Source: Candidatus Poribacteria bacterium
GTDB taxonomy: Bacteria; Poribacteria; WGA-4E; WGA-3G
Assembly: GCA_964291315.2 (NCBI GenBank)
Contig: OZ219753.1
Coordinates: 64,001 to 128,000 of the forward strand
DNA length: 64,000 nucleotides
Direction: 5' to 3'
The notes beneath the pieces are model-generated. The model was not told the origin of the DNA and searched no databases. It was given only the letters and a program-made list of their open reading frames with translations. Shown here in pieces: positions 10,030-18,600 of this stretch. Position numbers and translations under genes: made by a program. Position 1 is the first letter of the stretch. Each line of letters opens with the position of its first letter.

Positions 10030-10920
10030 GTGCTATCAAAGATGTCCAAAGACCGGGAATTCCAAAGTGAAATAGATGTTGTGATGCGCGTGATGCGTCA
10101 TGCGCAGGCAGCTGTCAAATCAAGGTTCATTCAGGAAGTGGTTCCTCATCGTCTGACGATTGTCCAATTTAATGCGTTACGTCACCTTCATTGGTATGGA
10201 AGCGAGGCTGGCATGTCAGTGAGCGAGTTAGGTGAACACTTAGGACTTGCGCATAACACCACATCTGGTTTGGTGAGTCGTCTTGAGCGGCATGGTTGGG
10301 TTATCCGTCGGAAGTGTGACGAGGATCGGCGGCGTTCTCGGATTAAACTGACCTCGCAGTCTGAGGAGCTTTTTCGTGAAAGTGTAAAGCATGCGATGGA
10401 TTTTTGGCGAAGCACTTTTGGGCAGCTATCTGTGTCGGAGCAGGAGAATCTTGTTGAAGGCTTAAAACGTCTGAAACAGGTAATGGCGAAACCGGCCTGG
10501 CCAAGTTATGCCCAACTCCATCCGCGTGATACTGATCATCTGAAAAAGCGGTTTGAAACCGATCTGGATGAGCTTGCACAGGCAAAACTCAAGCTGGTTG
10601 GAATGCGGTTGATTCTTGCGCGGATCGCTGAGGAGCGGGATGAACATGAACTCGCGGCGTATCTAAATCAAGCTGCTTCCGAAGAAATACGTCATACGAA
10701 TCAACTCTTAGTTCTGCTCGGCCATGGTGAAAATTTCAAGACGTTACTCGCTACCCTTGTGCATGAAGACAGAGTCGTCTATGAAGAGCTAGTGGCCTTG
10801 CTTGAAACTGCGCCCTACACGGAAGAAAATGAGGCCTTAAGGCTTCTACAACAGATGGTTCAAGATAAGCAAAGATATAGACGTTGGTTTCGTAGTGTCC
10901 ACAAACAGTCGAATCAGTGA
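10030..10920 (+). CDS. MarR-family regulator fused to a C-terminal ferritin/rubrerythrin-like helical domain
   Basis: MarR wHTH (LTIVQF...SVSELGEHLGLAHNTTSGLVSRLE...DRRRSRIKLT); C-terminal AASEEIRH (ExxH) helix bundle. Confidence 0.75.
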   Translation: MLSKMSKDREFQSEIDVVMRVMRHAQAAVKSRFIQEVVPHRLTIVQFNALRHLHWYGSEAGMSVSELGEHLGLAHNTTSGLVSRLERHGWVIRRKCDEDRRRSRIKLTSQSEELFRESVKHAMDFWRSTFGQLSVSEQENLVEGLKRLKQVMAKPAWPSYAQLHPRDTDHLKKRFETDLDELAQAKLKLVGMRLILARIAEERDEHELAAYLNQAASEEIRHTNQLLVLLGHGENFKTLLATLVHEDRVVYEELVALLETAPYTEENEALRLLQQMVQDKQRYRRWFRSVHKQSNQ

Positions 10921-11023
10921 CTTCTGTTTTGTCAACTGGTGCCAGCGTTTCTGGTTTTCCACAGCATCGGGCTGCGAGAAAGCCATGTCCAATTTCCCGT
11001 CTGATGATCTTTAAGAGGAGAAC

Positions 11024-11638
11024 ATGCAGTCCCAAAGCTCTGAAAACATTCCGCTAGATTGTTGCGATGATGCTGAACTGATTGAGATATTTCAAAATGG
11101 TAATACTGCTGCGTTCGATACGCTCTTTATGCGTTACCAAAAACGCACCTATCGACTTGTACAACGTTTCGTTTCTAACCCGGAAGATGCTTCGGATCTG
11201 ACGCAAGATGCGTTTATTCGCGCCTACCAAGGGCTCCATAATTTCAAAAACCAGTGCCAGTTTTACAGTTGGCTCTACCGGATTACTGTGAACTTGTGTA
11301 TCGATTTTCTGAGGAAAAGGTCGAGATCGGAGGTGCTTTTGTACGAATCCGATGAAACGGGCGAATTGTCGTTGGCGAATATCGCGGATCCCGGCTCAGA
11401 ATCGCCGGCGAAGGCGCTTGAAAATAAAGAACTCAGGGCGCACATTCGCAAAGCGGTTCGTCGACTGCCCCCCAAGCAACGCAGAATCTTTATTTTGCGA
11501 TATTGGGACGGTTTGTCGCTTAAAGACATCGCGGCTGCTGTTGGTAGATCTGATGGAACAGTCAAGGCTCATCTGCTTCATGCCCACCGCAATCTTCGCA
11601 AGCATCTTCGTTCTTACCTACAAGAGACAGGTTTCTAG
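11024..11638 (+). CDS. ECF sigma-70 factor
   Basis: DASDLTQDAF, FYSWLYRITVN (region 2); LPPKQR...SLKDIA...GTVK (region 4). Confidence 0.9.
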   Translation: MQSQSSENIPLDCCDDAELIEIFQNGNTAAFDTLFMRYQKRTYRLVQRFVSNPEDASDLTQDAFIRAYQGLHNFKNQCQFYSWLYRITVNLCIDFLRKRSRSEVLLYESDETGELSLANIADPGSESPAKALENKELRAHIRKAVRRLPPKQRRIFILRYWDGLSLKDIAAAVGRSDGTVKAHLLHAHRNLRKHLRSYLQETGF

Positions 11639-11660
11639 GGTTGTACCTCGGATATTGAAC

Positions 11661-11695
11661 TTTAAAGACCGGTGATGTGCTAACCGGTCTTTAAA
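11661..11695. terminator. Bidirectional intrinsic terminator between the convergent ECF gene and ftsY
   Basis: Perfect 13-bp inverted repeat TTTAAAGACCGGT / ACCGGTCTTTAAA. Confidence 0.6.
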
Positions 11696-11733
11696 TACCT
11701 ACCTGCCAGATCATGAGAGTCTGGCAGCCCGGT

Positions 11734-12726
11734 TTACGGATTCTCGGTCTCGGTGGCGAAGAGCGCCTCAACAAAGTCTGCTGCCTCAAAATCTTGCAAG
11801 TCATCAATTTTCTCGCCGATTCCGATGAGCTTAACGGGTGCCCCAATTTCCGCGTTCACTGCAATAACTATCCCGCCTTTAGCAGTGCCGTCGAGTTTTG
11901 TAACGGCAACGCCTGTAATTGGAACTGCTTCGTTGAAAATCTTTGCCTGCCTCAATCCGTTTTGACCCACTGTTCCGTCAATGACAAGCAATACCTCATG
12001 CGGTGCGCCGGGGTGTGCCTTCCCCATGACCCTGCCAATTTTCGACAGCTCATCCATGAGTGGCTTTTTTGTGTGTAGTCTCCCGGCGGTATCTACTATT
12101 AGTATGTCGGCTTCACGATGTTTGGCTGCGTGAATTGCATCGAACACCACTGAGGCGGGTTCAGCTTTATCTCCGCCGCGAATGATTTCGGCTCCTGCGC
12201 GCTCACACCAAATCGCGAGCTGATCCTCTGCTGCAGCTCGGAATGTATCTCCAGCGGCCACCAGCACACGGTGTCCATCGGCGCGAAACCGGCTTGCGAG
12301 TTTGCCGATCGTCGTGGTCTTTCCAGCACCATTTACACCGAGCACCAAAACCGTGTACGGCTTTTCGTGTTTCAGTTTCAGGGGTGTATCTTGCCCAAGC
12401 AGATTCAAAATTTCTGATTTCAGTACCGATGCTAACTGTGATGAATCACCTAAACCTTCTGCCTTCACCCTGGCTCTGATGTTATCCATTAACATTAGAG
12501 TGGTATCAACGCCTACATCCGACTGGATTAAAATCTCTTCGATCTCTTCCATTAAATCCTCGTCAATTTTTCTGCCGATACGGAGGATCCCTGATAGCTG
12601 AGATAGAAACTGATCCCGTGTTTTGGTCAGTCCAGACTTAAGCCGATTAAACCAGCTTTCTTGTTCGTCTCCAGCATCGGATTTAACCTCGCTTTTATCA
12701 CGATTTTTAAATAGATTTCTTAGCAT
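11734..12726 (-). CDS. ftsY: Signal recognition particle receptor FtsY
   Basis: GVNGAGKTTT, DTFRAAA, DTAGR, TKLDGTAKGG motifs. Confidence 0.97.
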   Translation of the reverse strand: MLRNLFKNRDKSEVKSDAGDEQESWFNRLKSGLTKTRDQFLSQLSGILRIGRKIDEDLMEEIEEILIQSDVGVDTTLMLMDNIRARVKAEGLGDSSQLASVLKSEILNLLGQDTPLKLKHEKPYTVLVLGVNGAGKTTTIGKLASRFRADGHRVLVAAGDTFRAAAEDQLAIWCERAGAEIIRGGDKAEPASVVFDAIHAAKHREADILIVDTAGRLHTKKPLMDELSKIGRVMGKAHPGAPHEVLLVIDGTVGQNGLRQAKIFNEAVPITGVAVTKLDGTAKGGIVIAVNAEIGAPVKLIGIGEKIDDLQDFEAADFVEALFATETENP

Positions 12727-12970
12727 TACTTCTCCTTTAATTCCTTATTAACTTTCGGCTGATCGCTGAAAGACAGAAACAGGTTGCCGACTTGAAGCCT
12801 GACACCTTGTCTGTTATGATACAGTAACGGGCAGGAGAAAGGCAAACGAAAACCAGATGTTTCCCGTTTCGGTTGAGAGATATTATAAGGATCCACACGC
12901 GGTTTTCCCCGCCTTCCTACTTTGGGGACAGGCGCGATCCTACTGACAGTGTGTCCATAAGCTTAGGATA

Positions 12971-13149
12971 TAATGCGATTTTGATAATTATGGGGTCTAT
13001 CTCTTTGGATAGAGATCTCCGTTGCATAGCCTAACAGGTTGTGCTGGCAGGCCCGAAGAGGCACGGACTCACAGTCTATGCTACAAGTCCCTTGCGCAAT
13101 CTAACAAAGGATGCTACAAAAGAGCACGACTAATTTTTTGCTCATGTTT
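12971..13149. mobile_element. Degenerate MITE-like element with internal REP hairpins
   Basis: Left end TAATGCGATTTTGATAATT; internal GCACGGACTCACAGTCTATGCTAC (13061-13084); degenerate right end CTCATGTTT. Confidence 0.5.
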
Positions 13150-13203
13150 AAGGTCTACTATTAAGGGATACTATAGATACTGCCGTGTTCTATACAAATT
13201 TCC

Positions 13204-13232
13204 TTGCAACCTCTTCCCCTTTGTTATATACT
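13204..13232 (+). promoter_or_regulatory. Putative sigma70 promoter for the P460-porin operon
   Basis: TTGCAA-N17-TATACT. Confidence 0.45.
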
Positions 13233-13318
13233 AAAGTTTGTTTTAAACAGACTTCTGTTTTCTTATGTTTGAGATTTTACAAATCCATTTTATGTAGACA
13301 CAAGTTGAGGAATTGATC

Positions 13319-13891
13319 ATGAAAACCGAAACACGACACCTGCTGCGAAGTCTGGCGATAATAGTGATACCATGCCTGATCTTGATCGCCTGCACGAGTG
13401 AGAGGCATCTGGAGGAGCTCCTTCCAAAACCGGTGGAAGAAAAGGAGGTAGAGCTCCCTTTCGAAACTGAGGAACCGGTAGTTCCGCTCCCGGGTTTGCC
13501 TGAAGATGTTGCCGGGTACACACAGTGGTTGAAATTAAATGCGGAACCTATACCACCTGTCCCCGGCGGTGACCCGCACAACGGCACGAAGAATGTTTAT
13601 GTCAACAAAACACGAGAAGCCATCGCACCCCATGGTGAACAGCAGTTTCCATATCCTGATGGCAGTATTGTTGTGAAGGAAGCGTACCGGCCCGGTAAAG
13701 ACTATGTTGGTCTCGTCGCGATTATGCGGAAAAAAGCGAATGTGGATCCCGATCACAACGATTGGGAGTTCATCGAATACACTCGGAACGCTGCGGATGC
13801 GGATTTCAGTGTCATAGCTAAGGACGGCGTCTGTTGGGGATGCCATACCCAAGCCGAAGATATAGATTATGTTTTTACGGAACTTGAATAA
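13319..13891 (+). CDS. Cytochrome P460 / c'-beta family lipoprotein
   Basis: Lipobox LIAC; PDGSIVVKE (Lys position), IMRK, WEF and C-terminal CWGCH...DYVF. Confidence 0.8.
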   Translation: MKTETRHLLRSLAIIVIPCLILIACTSERHLEELLPKPVEEKEVELPFETEEPVVPLPGLPEDVAGYTQWLKLNAEPIPPVPGGDPHNGTKNVYVNKTREAIAPHGEQQFPYPDGSIVVKEAYRPGKDYVGLVAIMRKKANVDPDHNDWEFIEYTRNAADADFSVIAKDGVCWGCHTQAEDIDYVFTELE

Positions 13892-13908
13892 AGAATAAGG
13901 AGGACCTT

Positions 13909-15150
13909 TTGGACATAGATTATAAAAACACCGTGAGCTGTTATAGCGAAACGTTCTTACTAAGCGATCGTTTGTGTGGTGTGGCAGGAACGATCAGGAA
14001 GTTATTCCCGCTGCTTGTACTCATAGTCGGTATGACACTCCCTCTTTTTTTGCCAAATGCAGCTGAGGGGCGTCCGGAATTCGCCACTGAGATTGGAAAG
14101 GAGTGTAATTTCTGCCACATTGATCCTGCTGGCGGCGGTCCCCGAAACCGCGTTGGCGAAATCTTTGAGGAAAACTATTTTGAGTTTCCTGAAGATTTTG
14201 ACATGGACGCTGTAACGGAAGAGGCGAAGGAGGTTGTGAAGCAGCTCACAACTTCGCTTGATTTTCAAACTGCTTTTATCAAAACGCCGCATGTTGATGC
14301 GGAGGAAAACACAATAGCGGGCTGTAGTTCATGCCACTCTTCGATTGACAGATTTCTGCTTATGCAAGCCGAGGTCACCTTCAACGCGCAGGCATCTGAG
14401 CACATTCGGCTTACGCTTTCTAACAACACTGGGACAACGATGAATGCGTTTGCAACGATAGATGCTATTCCAAAGCATCTGTACGCCAAAGTTGGACAAT
14501 TCCGTCTGCCATTTGCTATTAAACAGAAGGACCACAATATTCTTGTTCGCCAGGGTTATGGGCTTGGTTCTAACAAGCGGGATGTCGGCGTTGAGCTCGG
14601 TGGAGCCGCAGGAAGACTTTTTTACAATGCGGCCTTCTTTAACAGCGGCAACGCAGCAGCAAAAGGCGGGCTCGGCACGGTGGGAGCGCAAGTTGGCCCG
14701 GTCCGAGCGGGCATCTCTGGTATAGTTGAAAAACCGAGTGAAGACTGGGAGCGGTTCATCGGCGCATTTCTGACTGTCTCTTTCGCTGGGCTCAGTTTTG
14801 AAGGCGAATTCAATTGTGGGAACAGTGGTGAAGTTGCGTCTTTCGCGCTTGATGCTGTTGATTCAAAAGGTTACTATGTTGGTGCAAAGTACCGCCTCCT
14901 GCCTCGGTTGACCCTTGCCGGCCGGTACGGTCTATTTGACCCAGATAGAAAGATTAAAGGGGACGCAAGCCGGCGAGTGACACTCACCGCGCAATACAAT
15001 TTTATAGAAAATGGGGCAATTTCGCTATTTTATTGGGCGAATCTTGCTAACGCAGACCTCGACCCCAACACTGTTGTCTTTGACAAGGGAACCTTAAGAC
15101 AACTTCAAGGCACGGACCAGATTATTTTGATGTCACACTTCTGGTTTTAA
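13909..15150 (+). CDS. Cytochrome c-porin fusion (Cyc2-like N-terminus, two CxxCH motifs, beta-barrel C-terminus)
   Basis: RPEFATEIGKECNFCH after the signal peptide, second motif CSSCH, KVGQFRLPF, amphipathic strands, terminal HFWF. Confidence 0.7.
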   Translation: MDIDYKNTVSCYSETFLLSDRLCGVAGTIRKLFPLLVLIVGMTLPLFLPNAAEGRPEFATEIGKECNFCHIDPAGGGPRNRVGEIFEENYFEFPEDFDMDAVTEEAKEVVKQLTTSLDFQTAFIKTPHVDAEENTIAGCSSCHSSIDRFLLMQAEVTFNAQASEHIRLTLSNNTGTTMNAFATIDAIPKHLYAKVGQFRLPFAIKQKDHNILVRQGYGLGSNKRDVGVELGGAAGRLFYNAAFFNSGNAAAKGGLGTVGAQVGPVRAGISGIVEKPSEDWERFIGAFLTVSFAGLSFEGEFNCGNSGEVASFALDAVDSKGYYVGAKYRLLPRLTLAGRYGLFDPDRKIKGDASRRVTLTAQYNFIENGAISLFYWANLANADLDPNTVVFDKGTLRQLQGTDQIILMSHFWF

Positions 15151-15383
15151 AGGGGGGAGCACCAGCAGCCAATAAGGCGTGAGATATGTTCAAGAACTTT
15201 GCCCTATATCTATTTCTTCCGATTTCTTAGGAACAGATCACTATATCTGTCCCTATGTGTTTATATTTACACATAATGTTACGTAAAGACACCTGATTCA
15301 TCTCCGATTCGCGCAGATGGAATTTGAGTACACATCTGAACACGCCTTTTTTATTCGCGGCCTCTAACGTAACTAAACGCTAT

Positions 15384-15399
15384 TGGCATAAAACTTGCT
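15384..15399 (+). promoter_or_regulatory. Putative sigma54 (-24/-12) promoter upstream of A2M-pbpC
   Basis: TGGCATAAAACTTGCT matches the GG/GC spacing of TGGCACG-N4-TTGCW. Confidence 0.45.
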
Positions 15400-15666
15400 A
15401 TACTTTCCTAAATATCTTTTTTGCTTTATAAACGAACAAGTTGTGCTACAAGACCTGAAGTGGTGCAGTAAGCGAATAGGTTATGGGACTAAAGAGTCTT
15501 CCTAAATCTTTTTTCAAACTCACGTTAGTTTAGGTTTCTAAAAGCGGGAACGAGACCGTAATAGTCACAGTAAAGCGCGGATGATGAACCATTCCTACTA
15601 GTAGTTCCTTGAATTGAGTCAAAGAAAAAATGAGGACTGATCTTTTAGGGTGAAGGAAACACTTTC

Positions 15667-18600
15667 ATGATAGCTAAACTTTCCAAAAACTTTTTACTTC
15701 GTTTGATTGGACTGATGGCGGTTGTTCTGGTTGCTTGTATCTTCTACATTGTATGGGATAACATTGGTGCGCGGACGCGGTACAGCATCAAGACCTTTAC
15801 CCCGCAGGGCGAGGTGCCGCAATGGGTCGATTTTTCAATTACGTTTTCCGAGGCGATCGTTGACAAATCGCGCGTCGGCACCGAAGTTCCAGCGGAGGCT
15901 TTTCGGTTTACACCGGCTGTTCAAGGCACTGCGCGTTGGGTTGCCCGCGATAGAATCGGGTTTTACTTAGATGCACCTTTGGCACCTGCTGCAAAATATA
16001 GGCTCCAACTTACCCCGGCCCTTAGCTCTTCCGAAACATTTTCACTCACCGGACAGAAAGAGTTCAAATTTGCTACTGAACCTTTCACAGTAGAGCAGGC
16101 GCGCTTGGAATTTACCACCGATGGCACTCGTGAGCAAGCAGCGGGGTCTGGTACAATAGCTTTTAACTATCCTGTAAATATTGCTGATTTAAAGGCGCAT
16201 CTCTCTATTGAATTGAATGACGGGACGGAGATCCCTTATCAAATTAAGACTCCTGCTGCTACGGCGCGAACAGTTCAGTTTGAAACTAAACGGATAAAAC
16301 TCGGCAGTGCAGATCAAAAAATAAAAGTTAAAATTGAAGAGGGATTCAAATGCACAGGTGGACAGATTGGGCTTGAAAAGACGCACATTACGCCGGTAAT
16401 ACTCCGCGGTATAGGAACTCTTGGTGTAACGTACTCGGACGTTTGGGAAAGTGATGGTGCCCCGTATATTTCTGTCAGTTTTAGCGCCCCTGTCCTTTCG
16501 GATATCGTTGAACCGCATCTGGAACTTACACCAGCGGTCGACTATAAAGTTATAGCTGACTATAGGAATATAGAGATCCACGGCAATTTCAAGCGCCGTG
16601 CGACCTATACACTGAAAATTCGGAGGGGGCTGACTGCGCGGAACGATGCTGTTTTGAAACAAGACTATTTCACGCAGTTCAAAATCCCGGATATCCGACC
16701 GCAACTCCGCTTTCTTGGAGACGGTTTTTTTCTTGCAAGAAAAGGCGAGTTAAACTTAGGGCTTGCAACAATTAACATTGAAAGCGTGAAACTTGATATC
16801 GAAAAGGTTTTCGCGAACAATCTCATCTATGTCTCGAAATTAGAAAGGTGGAGCCGCTGGAGTCGCAATTTAGGCAGGTCTATTCATACAGAAGTTTTAG
16901 ATGTTCCATCTCAATTGAACCAAGAAGTCACGGTGCCTATTTCCTTGGAGGAGTATCTCGCGGATGAACATGTCGGTATCTTCAAAGTTATGGCGCGGAA
17001 TGCACACACAGAGTGGGCCACCGCACACCAATGGGTGCTTCTCACAGATTTGGGGATCAGTGCCAAGCGCACTGAAGATAGACTCTATGTTTGGGTGAAA
17101 TCACTTTCGACTAGTGCGCCCGTACCAACTGCGCGCGTCAAACTCATCAGTGACAATAACCAGACTCTGCTTAGCGGTACAACGAACTGGGCCGGGTTCG
17201 CTGAATTTACCGATGTTGATGCGAAAACTGACGGTTTTACGCCGTTCATGATTACCGTCGCGAAACGCGACGACCTCGCCTTCATTCAATTAGACCGTCA
17301 CGAAATCGCAACAGCGGATTTCGACATTGCGGGGCCCGCGTATTTGCAAAAAGGTTATGAAGCGTTTCTTTATACAAGCCGGGGTGTCTATCGACCCGGG
17401 GAGACTGTCCAACTTGCTGGCATTGTCCGCGCACCGAAGCACCGGATCCCGGAACCGATCCCGACCCGCATTGAAGTGCTATCTCCGGACGGTAGGATTC
17501 TACGGGAATTAAGGCAGCACACCACAAAAACCGGGGTGTGTGAGGTGCAAATTCCAATTCCTGAGTACGCACAGACGGGGAACTATATTGCCAAAATGTT
17601 GATTGCTGATAAGGTTGTTGGAAGGGCCCAGTTTCAAGTTGAGGAATTCATGCCAGACCGGATGAAGGTCACCGTCACTACAGACGGATCTACTTACAGA
17701 CTCGGAGATGAATTTGGCGTTCACGTCAGGGCTATTAATCTATTCGGGCCCCCAGCTGTAGGACGAAAGGTTCAGGTTTCATGCGAATTGAGAGCGGTCT
17801 CTTTTGTGGACTCCGACAGTGCTTCGCCAGCGTATATCGACCCGGCGAGGTGGCGTTCCTTCACCTTCGGAAACACCAGACCAAATTCTGCCGAACAATT
17901 TGAGACCCAACGGATCGAATTAGCAGAATCTGAAACTGATGCGGCAGGCAAGGCGGATTATCGATTTACTGTTCCAGCAACGCTAAAAGCGCCGTCTCTA
18001 TTAAACGGGATTTTCACGGCGACCGTCAGTGAGGTTGGAGGCAGAGCTGTCACAGCATCACACCGAGTTGTTATCCACCCCTATTCGCATTATGTAGGAC
18101 TTCGACGCGCTAATAATACGGAGAATGCTAAAATTAATCAACCTGTTCGTGTTGACTACATAGCCGTTGATGATGCTATGGCCGTTGCACCAGGACGTGC
18201 CTTGCAACTGAGCCTCTACAAGGTGCATTGGAACACGATACTTCGGCAAAATACAGCGGGGCGTTATGAATACGTTTCGGAACCGCAGATGACTGAGGTG
18301 GAAACACACGCTTTAACATCGGCAGCGGCAGCGCAAACTGTGATGTTGACCCCTTCAGATTATGGGGAATATCGCGTCCGACTCGTAGATATTGAATCAA
18401 CGGCGCTAGCAGAAATCGGATTCCACGTTAATGGTTGGGGGAACGCGTCGGTGTCTATGGAGCATCCTACACGCTTAGATTTAACGCTCAATAAACCGGC
18501 TTATCGCTCCGGTGAAACAGCGAAGCTGTATGTAAAGGCGCCATTCCCTGGGACACTTCTGCTTACGGTTGAGCGAGAACGGGTTCTGAGTTATCGAACG

